Below are positions 20,355 to 29,349 of a stretch of 56,689 nt of DNA, in pieces. The first letter of the stretch is position 1. Every line of letters starts with the position of its first letter. The notes under the pieces were generated by a model that worked only from the letters and a program-made list of their open reading frames with translations, ran no database searches and was not told the origin of the DNA. The translations under genes and the position numbers were made by a program. Source of the DNA: Bacteroidaceae bacterium (GTDB lineage: Bacteria; Bacteroidota; Bacteroidia; Bacteroidales; Bacteroidaceae); assembly GCA_045131955.1 (NCBI GenBank), contig JBGURN010000196.1, positions 1 through 56,689 of the forward strand, written 5' to 3'.

Positions 20355-21032
20355 ATGGTTACATCCGGACAGGGAATCGGATATACCGGTGAGGACCGCA
20401 TAGAGGAGTATATATCGGCCCACATCGAAGAGGAGAGCGGACTGCTCAGGGATATCTACCGCGAGACCAACCTGAGGTTGTTCAACCCCCGCATGGCATC
20501 GGGTCATATCCAGGGCCGTCTGCTTAAGATGCTGGTCAGCATGATGAAACCCAAGCTTATACTTGAGGTGGGCACATTCACCGGATACGCCACCCTGTGC
20601 ATGGCCGAGGGACTGGAGCGGGACGGAGTGATACATACGGTTGAAATTGACGATGAATTGGAGGATTTCATAAAGAAAGGGTTCGACCGTTCACCGTTTG
20701 CCGACCGCATAAGACTCCATATCGGCGACGCCCTCAGGATTGTTCCGGAACTTGGTCTTGAGTTCGATATGATATTCCTGGACGGCGAAAAGAGACAGTA
20801 TCCGGAATACTACACCGAACTCATGAAATACCTCAGGCCCGACGGTTACCTGATAGCCGACAACACCCTCTGGGACGGGCATGTTGTTGACAGTGAGTAC
20901 GACTCCGACCCTCAGACTGTAGCGGTCCGCAGGTTCAATGACATGGTCAAGGCCGATGACAGGGTCGAGGTGGCGATGATTCCGATTCGGGACGGACTGA
21001 CGATAGTCAGGAAATTGAGAATTGAGAATTGA
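20355..21032 (+). CDS. class I SAM-dependent O-methyltransferase (caffeoyl-CoA OMT / YrrM-like family)
   Basis: 225 aa with the SAM motif ILEVGTFTGYATL plus IFLDGEKRQYPEYY and ADNTLWDG, typical of family-3 O-methyltransferases. The last codons and the stop lie in the heptamer repeat. Confidence 0.8.
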   Translation: MVTSGQGIGYTGEDRIEEYISAHIEEESGLLRDIYRETNLRLFNPRMASGHIQGRLLKMLVSMMKPKLILEVGTFTGYATLCMAEGLERDGVIHTVEIDDELEDFIKKGFDRSPFADRIRLHIGDALRIVPELGLEFDMIFLDGEKRQYPEYYTELMKYLRPDGYLIADNTLWDGHVVDSEYDSDPQTVAVRRFNDMVKADDRVEVAMIPIRDGLTIVRKLRIEN

Positions 21033-21080
21033 GAATTGAGAATTGAAAATTGAGAATTGAGAATTGAAAATTGAAAATTA
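21014..21080. repeat. heptanucleotide tandem repeat: (ATTGAGA)4 ATTGAAA (ATTGAGA)2 (ATTGAAA)2 ATTA
   Basis: Direct reading gives 9 full 7-bp units plus a partial one. The tract contains the OMT stop codon (TGA 21030-21032) and ends 17 nt before the rbfA ATG. Confidence 0.95.
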
Positions 21081-21097
21081 AAGCACCTGCGTAAAAT

Positions 21098-21433
21098 ATG
21101 GATAGTACAAGACAACAGAAAATAGCCAGGCTGATTCAGAAGGAACTCAGCGAGCTGTTCCTTATACAGACCAAACTTACCAGAGGTCTTATGATCACGG
21201 TAAGCGAGGTTAAGATAAGCAGTGACTTGAGCATAGCAAGTGTATATCTGAGCGTATTCCCATCAGAAAAAGGTGAGGAGACCGTAAAGAATATCAACGC
21301 AAACGTCAAGGATATAAGATATGACTTTGGCCAGAGGGTGAGACATCAGCTCCGCATTATTCCGGAACTGCGTTTCTTCCTGGACAAGACCATTGATTAC
21401 ATGGCTCACATAGACGAACTGCTCAAGAAGTGA
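21098..21433 (+). CDS. rbfA: ribosome-binding factor A
   Basis: 111 aa with an RbfA-like sequence (RQQKIARLIQKELSELF.., VSEVKISSDLSIASVYLSV). Confidence 0.85.
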   Translation: MDSTRQQKIARLIQKELSELFLIQTKLTRGLMITVSEVKISSDLSIASVYLSVFPSEKGEETVKNINANVKDIRYDFGQRVRHQLRIIPELRFFLDKTIDYMAHIDELLKK

Positions 21434-22668
21434 ACTTCCCGTTCTTCATAGCCCGCCGTTACCTCTTTGCCAAGAAGAGCCACAACGTCATTAACGTGAT
21501 TTCGGCCATATCGGCCTCAGGAATCATGCTGGCGTCATTTGCACTCATCTGCACCCTGTCGGTATTCAACGGATTCCATGACCTGGTCGAGGACCTGTTC
21601 AGGAACTTTGACCCGGAACTCAAGGTGGTGTCATCATCACACAAGTTCTTCAGCATGGACGATGAACGTATCCTTAAGGCACAAAAACTCGATTTCATCG
21701 GGCTATATTCATACTCGCTTGAGGAGCAGGCTCTCATAACCTACAAGAGCAAGCAGCATGTCATAATGATTAAAGGCGTGGAGGACAGTTTCCATGACCT
21801 GGCCGGAATAGACAACCTTCTGAGAGGAGCCGGCATATATATGCTGGAGGATGAGGTATGCCACTACGGAATACCGGGTGTAGGCCTGATAAGCCGCATG
21901 GACAGCGGCATAAAGCCTGCCTACCCGTTCCGCATATCGGTACCCAAGAAGGAGGGACGCGTAAGCATAAACAACCCCGTTTCAGCGTTCAATCAGGCAA
22001 GTGTCTACTCTCCCGGCGTGGCCTTCATGGTGGAACAGGAAAAGTATGATGACAACTACATGATCATATCGCTTGAACTGGCCCAGAAACTGACTGACCG
22101 TGAAGGAGAGGCATCGGCCCTGGAGATAAAACTCAAGGATGGCGTGCACCTGAGAAAGGCCAAACGGGAACTCCAGAACCTGCTGGGCAGTGAGTTCAAG
22201 GTCCAGGACCGTATAGAGCAGCAGGAGGATGTATTCAAGGTCTTCAAGATGGAGAAACTCATCTCCTATCTGTTCCTTTCGTTCATATTGCTGATAGCCT
22301 GCTTCAATATAATAGGTTCGCTCATCATGCTCATGGTGGAGAAACAGAAGGATGCCAAACTGCTTGAGAGCATGGGTGCCGGACAGAATACCATTGAGAG
22401 GATATTCATTGTGAACGGGGTACTCATTTCGCTTATAGGAGCCGTCTCAGGACTTATACTGGGCGTGATAGCTGTTGTGCTCCAGCAGAAATACGGATTC
22501 ATAAGACTTGGAGCGTCAGGCAGTTTCATAGTCGATGCCTATCCCGTGAGCATAGAACTCAAGGATATAATAGTGGTACTGGTCACCGTTCTTGTGGTGA
22601 GTTTCCTTTCAGTACGTCCTATCGGGCCTATCGCCCGCCGTTTCATAAGGAAATCAGAGAGTGACTGA
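21430..22668 (+). CDS. FtsX-like ABC transporter permease (LolC/LolE-like)
   Basis: 412 aa: N-terminal TM, a MacB-like periplasmic domain, and a C-terminal 3-TM FtsX domain. The GTG start overlaps the rbfA stop (GTGA). Confidence 0.75.
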   Translation: MNFPFFIARRYLFAKKSHNVINVISAISASGIMLASFALICTLSVFNGFHDLVEDLFRNFDPELKVVSSSHKFFSMDDERILKAQKLDFIGLYSYSLEEQALITYKSKQHVIMIKGVEDSFHDLAGIDNLLRGAGIYMLEDEVCHYGIPGVGLISRMDSGIKPAYPFRISVPKKEGRVSINNPVSAFNQASVYSPGVAFMVEQEKYDDNYMIISLELAQKLTDREGEASALEIKLKDGVHLRKAKRELQNLLGSEFKVQDRIEQQEDVFKVFKMEKLISYLFLSFILLIACFNIIGSLIMLMVEKQKDAKLLESMGAGQNTIERIFIVNGVLISLIGAVSGLILGVIAVVLQQKYGFIRLGASGSFIVDAYPVSIELKDIIVVLVTVLVVSFLSVRPIGPIARRFIRKSESD

Positions 22669-23496
22669 CTCGGCGTGTATGTCGGAGTTCAGGAATATTG
22701 AGGCGTTCGGAAGGAATGTCTCGACCGATTCTGTCGTAAGGTAACGGCAGGTACCGCCTTTGGTGCAGCGCTCGTCCATATCGGGATGACGGAGCATGTA
22801 ATCCTTCAGCGAAGCAGCTACATATTCACCCTGCGATACCACTTTGATGCCCTTGGGTACATACTTGAGTATCTTGTCAAGCAAAAGCGGATAATGGGTG
22901 CATCCGAGTATTATGGTATCAATCTTGTCGTCCTTGGCCAGAAGGTTCTCCACGTGACGTCTTACAAAGAAATCGGCACCTTCAGACTGTGACTCGCCCG
23001 ATTCAACCAGCGGGACCCAGATGGGACAAGCCTCACCGGTTACCTCTATGTCGGGATACAACTTATTGATCTCAAGAGGATATGAGAGAGACTTTACGGT
23101 ACCGGGGGTAGCAAGCAGGCCTACGTGACGGGTTTTGCTCAATTCACCGATGGATTCGACCGTAGGACGTATGATTCCGAGCACTCTGCGGCTTGCGTCA
23201 AGGCGCGGAAGGTCTATCTGCTGAATGGTTCTGAGAGCCTTGGCAGAGGCCGTATTACAGGCCAGTATGACAAGCGGGCAACCCATCCCGAACAGTTTGG
23301 TCACACACTGCAGGGTGAACTCATACACCACCTGGAAGGAACGTGTTCCGTACGGGGTACGGGCGTTGTCACCCAAGTATATGAAGTCATACTCCGGCAT
23401 GGTGCTCTGTATATGTTTCAGGATGGTCAGTCCACCGTATCCTGAATCAAACACACCTATCGGACCGATGTTCTTTGACGGGATGGTTTTGCTCAT
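22654..23496 (-). CDS. murI: glutamate racemase
   Basis: Motifs GVFDSGYGGLT, ILACNTASA and ILGCTHYP (two catalytic Cys). The ATG at 23496 lies 1 nt after the upstream skp stop; the track ORF's earlier start at 23511 is GTG. Confidence 0.9.
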   Translation of the reverse strand: MSKTIPSKNIGPIGVFDSGYGGLTILKHIQSTMPEYDFIYLGDNARTPYGTRSFQVVYEFTLQCVTKLFGMGCPLVILACNTASAKALRTIQQIDLPRLDASRRVLGIIRPTVESIGELSKTRHVGLLATPGTVKSLSYPLEINKLYPDIEVTGEACPIWVPLVESGESQSEGADFFVRRHVENLLAKDDKIDTIILGCTHYPLLLDKILKYVPKGIKVVSQGEYVAASLKDYMLRHPDMDERCTKGGTCRYLTTESVETFLPNASIFLNSDIHAESVTL

Positions 23497-23497
23497 T

Positions 23498-24070
23498 TTA
23501 CTTATTGTCACTGTTTACCAATACAGGCTTTTCGTTTTCCGGGACGGCCTCGACTACCTCGATTCCGAGTTTTCTGTATACCGGAACGCTGATGTCTACC
23601 CCCTTCTCCGGGTTTATGAACAGGTATGTACCCTTGCCCGTATCAATTACATAATCAAGATTCTGCTCGGTACATACACCGGCAATCACCTCCAGAAGTT
23701 TCTTCTTGAGAGGAATCAGCAGTTCGTCACGCTTATTCTCAAGATCTGTCTGTACCTTGTCTCTGAACTCGGCATTGTTGTCCATAAGCAACTGGAGCTC
23801 TTTCTGACGTTTGGCTACGATTGAGGCTGACAGATGATCCTGCTCCAACATGAATTCAATATACTTACGCTCAAACTCACGTTTGGAACGCTCAATCTCC
23901 TCACGGTAATCGGACTGGGTCTTCTGCAGATTGATCTCTGCCTCCAGATACTCAGGCATGAGCTTGAGCGTGGAGTTGAAATCCAGATAGCCGAACCTGC
24001 CCTCCTGAGCACTCAATCGGGTAAATGTTCCTGCCAGGATCAGGATAAGTAATAAACGTAGTCTTGACAT
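23498..24070 (-). CDS. OmpH/Skp-family periplasmic chaperone (third, most divergent copy)
   Basis: 190 aa with a signal peptide and a coiled-coil-rich Skp-like sequence (LKLMPEYLEAEINLQK..). It carries an extra C-terminal tail. Confidence 0.7.
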   Translation of the reverse strand: MSRLRLLLILILAGTFTRLSAQEGRFGYLDFNSTLKLMPEYLEAEINLQKTQSDYREEIERSKREFERKYIEFMLEQDHLSASIVAKRQKELQLLMDNNAEFRDKVQTDLENKRDELLIPLKKKLLEVIAGVCTEQNLDYVIDTGKGTYLFINPEKGVDISVPVYRKLGIEVVEAVPENEKPVLVNSDNK

Positions 24071-24089
24071 ATCGGTTAGTTTTTAGCCA

Positions 24090-24125
24090 TTAAGGGGAAT
24101 CGGACCTGAACCCGGTTCCCCTTAA
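24090..24125 (-). other. strong intra-operon stem-loop between skp copy 2 and skp copy 3
   Basis: TTAAGGGGAA / TTCCCCTTAA (10 bp perfect), extendable by a G-U pair plus 3 more bp, in the 74-nt gap. There is no U-tract on the coding (minus) strand. Confidence 0.6.
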
Positions 24126-24144
24126 CAGTATATCTTAAAGGTAA

Positions 24145-24645
24145 TTACTTAATACCCAGCTTAGCCTTGATGGGCTCTGTTACATCGGTAGTGAGGGTAA
24201 CGTTGACGAAAGGAACGCCACCTCCAAGATCGAATATGCATATGTAACCGCCCTCTTCACCAACTTCCTTAACGGCCTTGAGAGCCTTCTCGTTGATGTT
24301 GTTCAGGAGCTCAGCCTGCTTGTTCTCCAGATTGGCGCTGCTGTTCATCCTGTACTCCTGTATCTTCTGCTGACTGTCTGCAAGATCCTGCTCTCTGCGC
24401 TGACGGGTTGCCTCGGGGAGAGTCTCACGGTTCTTGAGGTAGTCGTCCTCTTTCTTCTGATACTCGGTAACCATATAGTTGAATTCATCCTGATACTGAG
24501 TGCTCAACTCCTGCAGTTCAGCCTCGGCTGCCTTATATTCCGGCATGAGAGGAAGGATATCAGCTGAATTAAAATGACCGAATTTCTGTGCAAACGCGCC
24601 GAAAGGCATCAGAGCTACCAGCGCAACGATAAATAATTTCTTCAT
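24145..24645 (-). CDS. OmpH/Skp-family periplasmic chaperone (copy 2)
   Basis: 166 aa with a signal peptide and Skp-like sequence (FGHFNSADILPLMPEYKAAEAELQ..). Confidence 0.85.
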   Translation of the reverse strand: MKKLFIVALVALMPFGAFAQKFGHFNSADILPLMPEYKAAEAELQELSTQYQDEFNYMVTEYQKKEDDYLKNRETLPEATRQRREQDLADSQQKIQEYRMNSSANLENKQAELLNNINEKALKAVKEVGEEGGYICIFDLGGGVPFVNVTLTTDVTEPIKAKLGIK

Positions 24646-24681
24646 ATTAAGAGTGATTTAATTCGTAATAAGTAGGTTGTG

Positions 24682-24689
24682 CAAATATA
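24682..24689 (-). promoter_or_regulatory. putative internal -7 box (TATATTTG on the minus strand) ahead of skp copy 2
   Basis: Plus-strand CAAATATA in the 49-nt skp1-skp2 gap, 36 nt upstream of the ATG at 24645. Confidence 0.35.
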
Positions 24690-24694
24690 TGTAA

Positions 24695-25210
24695 TTAGTT
24701 TGAATAACCCAGTTTGCGGAGCACCTCATTGCTTATGTCGATCTTGGGAGAGGCGTAAATCATACTGGAGGCCGATGAACGGTCCACTACGACCTGATAG
24801 CCGTCAGTCTCGCTGATCTGCTTGATAGCCTCGTAAATCTCATCCTGTATAGGCATCATCAGGCTCTCGCGTTTCTTGATAAGTTCGCCGTCAGGACCAA
24901 AATACTGACGCTTGAGCTCGCTGGCCTTCTTTTCCATGGCCATGATCTCCTCCTCTTTCTTATTCTTCTGTTCCTCTGAGAGGAAGAGAGCCTCATTCTG
25001 ATAGTTCTTATAAAGGGTCTGAGCCTCAAGGTTGAGAGCCTCGACCTCAGCCTGCCAACGTTTTGAGAACTGGTCAAGCTGCTCATTGGCTCGCTCATAT
25101 GCGGGAATTCTGTTAAGAATATACTCCATGTCTACCAGAGCGAATTTCTGCGCACCTGCGGTGAGGCAGAAAAACAGCATCATTGCTGCGATTGATAATC
25201 TCTTTTTCAT
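24695..25210 (-). CDS. OmpH/Skp-family periplasmic chaperone (copy 1)
   Basis: 171 aa with a signal peptide and Skp-like sequence (FALVDMEYILNRIPAYERANEQLD..). Confidence 0.85.
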   Translation of the reverse strand: MKKRLSIAAMMLFFCLTAGAQKFALVDMEYILNRIPAYERANEQLDQFSKRWQAEVEALNLEAQTLYKNYQNEALFLSEEQKNKKEEEIMAMEKKASELKRQYFGPDGELIKKRESLMMPIQDEIYEAIKQISETDGYQVVVDRSSASSMIYASPKIDISNEVLRKLGYSN

Positions 25211-25253
25211 AAAAACTCTGTTTTACTATATTATAACCGTTTCCGGTTTCAGG

Positions 25254-27896
25254 TTAAAATTCCTGTCCCAGCACGAAGTGCACCTGACTTCCTCCGTATC
25301 GGTTGGATCCCATGATAGGATCGAATCCGTAAGCCCAGTCAATACCCATCAGGCCGACCATCGGAAGCATGACACGTACGCCCACACCCGCTGAACGCTT
25401 AAGGTCGAACGGATTGAACTTTCCGATTGAATCCCAGGCATTACCACCCTCAAGGAAGGTCAACGCATATATGATGGTGGAGTTCTCCATGAGCAGCGGG
25501 TAACGCAGCTCGACCGACATCCTTGTATATGCATAACCGTCAGAGTAGGGTGTGAGTGAACCGTTGTCATAACCACGCAGTCCGATAATCTCCGTTGCGT
25601 AAGTATATGAACCGCCGCTCATACCGTCGCCTCCCACAAAGAAGGTCTCGAACGGTGACTTCTTGAATTTGTTGTAATGACCCAGCAATCCAAAGTCAAA
25701 GCGTGTCATAAGTACCAGACGTTTAGTCGGGCCGTTTGTTAATGACGTATATGTGCGTGAACGGAATTTCCACTTGTTATACTCAATCCATTTGTGTTTC
25801 TGGCGCAGTTCCTCCTGATATGTGGCCGATGTCCGGTCAGCAGCCAGGTGCTCGTAGTCTACACCGTCCCACAGCGAGTAGGGAGGAGTGAAGTATACCG
25901 AAACGGCGAACTCCGAACCGGTACGCGGGAATATGGGATGGTCTATTGTGCTACGGCCCAGGGTAAGTCCCAGGTTGATATTGTTACATGTTCCGTTATT
26001 TATAAGGAAGTAGTTCCACTGCTTGAGCTTGTAACGGGTATATGAGAGTTCACTGAAGAAGGTGAAGTTGTAGTCAGGCCAGTGCAGGCGCTTACCCCAA
26101 CCTACGCTTACTCCCAGCATGGTGATATACTTGTCCGGATCGTAGTATGACTCGTAGTTGTTGTAGTATCCTCCGTAGTTTCCGTAATAGTTGCCGTATC
26201 CGTACATGTAATTGTACATGTTCTGATAGTATGCGGAGTTGTAGTAGTTGCTGCTTATGTCACTCTGCTTGGAGTAGAAGAGGTTCACGGAGAGAGAGTT
26301 GGGTCGTTTGCCTCCCAGCCACGGCTCCAGGAACGAGATGCTGTACGAGTGATAGAACTTACCGTTGGTCTGACCGCTTATGGAGAGGGTCTGTCCGTCA
26401 CCCTGAGGCAGGAACATACGGTAGTTGTCACTCTTGTGGAACAGGTTGTAGGTACTGAAGTTGGTGAACTTGAGTCCAACACGTCCTATCATACCTGTCT
26501 GACCCCAACCCAGGGAGAACTCGATCTGGTCATTACCCTTGCTCTCAAGCTGCCAGTCAATATCCACGGTACCGTTCAGTTCATCGGCCGATACCTTGGG
26601 GTTGATGGTGGTCTGCTCAAAGTGTCCCATATTGGCTATGGAGCGGAATGAGTTCTCAAGGGCCTCATAAGAGAATATGTCGCCGGGGCGGGTATAGAGC
26701 TCACGTCTCACCACGTTCTCGTAGACTCGGTCGTTGCCGTGTATCAACACCCTGTTGATCGATGCCTGCGGACCCTCGGACATACGGAACTCCAGGTCGA
26801 TGGAGTCACCCAGCACATTGGTCTCGACCGGAATGATCTGGAAGGAGACATAACCGTTGTTGTAATACAGTTTCTTGATACCGTCATTGTCATCAAACAG
26901 ACGGTTGTTCAGCTTGGTCTGGTCATATACGTCGCCACGCTTCATGTCAAGCAATACATCCAGCTGTTCGCTGTTGTAGACGGTATTTCCCACCCAGTTG
27001 ATATAACGCAGATAGTATTTCTGACCCTCCTCGATGGTAAGCCATACATCGACGGTGTTGTCATCCTTGTTGGACGATACGCTGTCCTTTACTATCACTG
27101 CATCGCGGTAACCCTTCTCGTAGTATTTGGAGAGCAGCTTCTCCTTGTCACCCTGGTATTCGTCATCGACAAACTTCTTGGTATGGAAGAACTCGCTCAG
27201 CTTACCCTTCTCATTGGTCTTCTTCATGACCCTCTTTATGGTCTTGTCCGAGAAGTTCTCGTTACCCTCAAGATGGATGGTGCGGACCTTAATCTTGTCC
27301 TTCTTGTCAATATACACGTCTACATAGGCAAGACCGTCCTCATCGGGTGCTGAACGCTGCTGAACGCGGACTTCGGCATCCTTGAAACCCTTCTCGTCAA
27401 AGTATCTCTGTATGAGTTTCTGTGAGCGGTTCAGACCGTTCTGGGTTATCTGTGTACCGGGGAACATGCCTATCTTCTCCTCCAGTTCCGATGACTCACC
27501 CTTACGTACTCCGTGGAACACCACCTCCTTGATCTTGGGGTTCTGTTCCATGGCCAGCTCAAGCCAGATCTTGTCACCCTGGGTCTTGAGAGCCTTAATC
27601 TGTACGTTGGCGAAAAGACCTGTGTTCCAGAGGCGTTTCATGGCCTGTGTGATATCAGGGCCGGGGACCGATATACGGGTTCCCACCTTGAGGCCTGACA
27701 TGGTAATAAGTGTCTTGTGGTTGTTCTCCTCCATTCCGGTGACAATGATGTCAGCTATCTCATACCTCTTGGCCGTACCAGAGTAGAGTATCACCGGATT
27801 CTCCTGTACAGGAAGCTCATCCGTCTGGGCAGACAGGGGCATTCCACACAGGAACAGTAACGAAAGGGCTATGATATGTCTAAACTTCATGTTCAT
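25254..27896 (-). CDS. bamA: outer membrane protein assembly factor BamA
   Basis: 880 aa: signal peptide, POTRA repeats, a C-terminal Omp85 barrel ending ..VHFVLGQEF (terminal Phe beta-signal), and conserved uppS-bamA-skp synteny. Confidence 0.93.
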   Translation of the reverse strand: MNMKFRHIIALSLLFLCGMPLSAQTDELPVQENPVILYSGTAKRYEIADIIVTGMEENNHKTLITMSGLKVGTRISVPGPDITQAMKRLWNTGLFANVQIKALKTQGDKIWLELAMEQNPKIKEVVFHGVRKGESSELEEKIGMFPGTQITQNGLNRSQKLIQRYFDEKGFKDAEVRVQQRSAPDEDGLAYVDVYIDKKDKIKVRTIHLEGNENFSDKTIKRVMKKTNEKGKLSEFFHTKKFVDDEYQGDKEKLLSKYYEKGYRDAVIVKDSVSSNKDDNTVDVWLTIEEGQKYYLRYINWVGNTVYNSEQLDVLLDMKRGDVYDQTKLNNRLFDDNDGIKKLYYNNGYVSFQIIPVETNVLGDSIDLEFRMSEGPQASINRVLIHGNDRVYENVVRRELYTRPGDIFSYEALENSFRSIANMGHFEQTTINPKVSADELNGTVDIDWQLESKGNDQIEFSLGWGQTGMIGRVGLKFTNFSTYNLFHKSDNYRMFLPQGDGQTLSISGQTNGKFYHSYSISFLEPWLGGKRPNSLSVNLFYSKQSDISSNYYNSAYYQNMYNYMYGYGNYYGNYGGYYNNYESYYDPDKYITMLGVSVGWGKRLHWPDYNFTFFSELSYTRYKLKQWNYFLINNGTCNNINLGLTLGRSTIDHPIFPRTGSEFAVSVYFTPPYSLWDGVDYEHLAADRTSATYQEELRQKHKWIEYNKWKFRSRTYTSLTNGPTKRLVLMTRFDFGLLGHYNKFKKSPFETFFVGGDGMSGGSYTYATEIIGLRGYDNGSLTPYSDGYAYTRMSVELRYPLLMENSTIIYALTFLEGGNAWDSIGKFNPFDLKRSAGVGVRVMLPMVGLMGIDWAYGFDPIMGSNRYGGSQVHFVLGQEF

Positions 27897-28648
27897 TCAG
27901 TCTTGTTCTTCTGCTCAGCCACCTGTGCACCGGTCTTTCCGAAACGGCGTTCGCGCTGCTGATAGGCGTATATGGCTTTACAAAGTTCTTCCATATTGAA
28001 ATCGGGCCAGAAAGTATCACAGAAATAGAGTTCCGTGTATGCTGACTGCCACAACAGATAATTGCTCAGTCTGATCTCACCGCCTGTACGTATGAGCAGG
28101 TCGGGGTCGGGCATGAAATCAGTGGTCATGGAGGCCGATACCATCTTCTCATCAATATCGGCCGGGCTAATCTCACCCTTGACGGCCTTCTCGGCAAGCA
28201 TCCGGGCGGCACGGGTTATCTCCCAGCGTGAAGAGTAGCTCAGGGCCAGGACCATACATGAACGGTCAAAATCCTTGGTTTTCTCCATGCAGGCGACCAG
28301 CTTGGCCTGCACATCCTTGGGCAGGCGCTCCATATCACCTATCACGCGGAAACGGACCTGGTTATTTATGAACACGTCCTCCTCAATGTTCTTGAACAGA
28401 AGTCCCATCAGAGCTGAGACCTCCTGCTCCGGACGGTTCCAGTTCTCAGTTGAGAAAGTATACAGCGTAAGATACTTTATGCCCAGTTCTACGGCATTTT
28501 CCATAATCTTGCGCACTACCTCGACTCCCTTGATATGGCCTTCGGTGCGCTGCTTGCCGCGCTGCTCGGCCCAACGGCCGTTGCCGTCCATGATGATGGC
28601 CACGTGCCGGGGAATCCTGTTCTTGTCCAACTGCTCCTGATATGTCAT
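27893..28648 (-). CDS. uppS: isoprenyl transferase / undecaprenyl-diphosphate synthase
   Basis: Motifs [13 protein letters not shown] and [24 protein letters not shown]. Confidence 0.93.
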   Translation of the reverse strand: MTYQEQLDKNRIPRHVAIIMDGNGRWAEQRGKQRTEGHIKGVEVVRKIMENAVELGIKYLTLYTFSTENWNRPEQEVSALMGLLFKNIEEDVFINNQVRFRVIGDMERLPKDVQAKLVACMEKTKDFDRSCMVLALSYSSRWEITRAARMLAEKAVKGEISPADIDEKMVSASMTTDFMPDPDLLIRTGGEIRLSNYLLWQSAYTELYFCDTFWPDFNMEELCKAIYAYQQRERRFGKTGAQVAEQKNKTE

Positions 28649-28654
28649 GTCAAC

Positions 28655-29344
28655 TTATTTTTCTTCATTACAGTTACAAGGACGTTTGAAAAGGTCAAAT
28701 GTCACATACAACATTGTGAAACTGTAACTGTCCTTGTTCTTTATTCCTTTTCCCTTTATCATGAAAGGGTTCTCAAGCGATGTCCCTCCACTCTGGGTAA
28801 CATCCAGACGGTCCGATGTAGAGAACCTCATGCTCCATTCCAATCCTACGTTAACCCTCTCTGAGAGTTTGTATCTCACGCCAAGTCCTATGGGGAAGTT
28901 GGCGCCGAAGTCATTCCTGGCAGGTTCGGGAGCGTAGGTCATGCCAATACCCAGAAGTCCGTAAGGTGCCAGCCGACGGGTTCCGTCCCATCCCTCCATA
29001 CCGTATCCGCAGAATCCCCATTCAATCTGTACCCCGAAATCATAGAGGGTGCGGCTGAACTTGAGTCCGTCACCCGGCAGGGTGCCGTAAGAGCCTTCAG
29101 AGCTACCCGAGATTCCGGCGGCAGCAAGATTGGCCTTAAGTGAGAACCTGGGGTTCACGTTATATCTGGCCACGAATGAGAACACTCCGTTGGTGTTGTT
29201 ATAGAGTTCCGTGTTGGCATCGCCCATATAGAAACTGCCGCCGCCTCCAAGACCGAATTCCATGAAATAGCCGTCATCCTGAGCTGCCGCAGTGAGGCAA
29301 CAGGAGAGCATGGCAACTATAGTCAGGGATTTGAGTCTTGTCAT
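28655..29344 (-). CDS. small outer-membrane beta-barrel protein (OmpW/porin-like; possibly DUF6089-type)
   Basis: 229 aa with a signal peptide, alternating aromatic/Gly beta-strand pattern, and a position directly upstream of uppS. The family name is recalled from memory, not searched. Confidence 0.55.
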   Translation of the reverse strand: MTRLKSLTIVAMLSCCLTAAAQDDGYFMEFGLGGGGSFYMGDANTELYNNTNGVFSFVARYNVNPRFSLKANLAAAGISGSSEGSYGTLPGDGLKFSRTLYDFGVQIEWGFCGYGMEGWDGTRRLAPYGLLGIGMTYAPEPARNDFGANFPIGLGVRYKLSERVNVGLEWSMRFSTSDRLDVTQSGGTSLENPFMIKGKGIKNKDSYSFTMLYVTFDLFKRPCNCNEEK

Positions 29345-29349
29345 TGCAG

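Noticed and set aside
21014-21080. Possibility that the tandem repeat is a CRISPR array or a set of replication iterons
   Set aside because: The units are 7 bp and contiguous, with no spacers, and there are no cas or rep genes nearby.
20912-21115. 67-aa minus-strand ORF encoding the repeat QFSILNS x3 across the heptamer tract
   Set aside because: The peptide repeat is a by-product of translating a 7-bp repeat (21-nt periodicity). The ORF overlaps both the rbfA start and the OMT end and has no promoter box.
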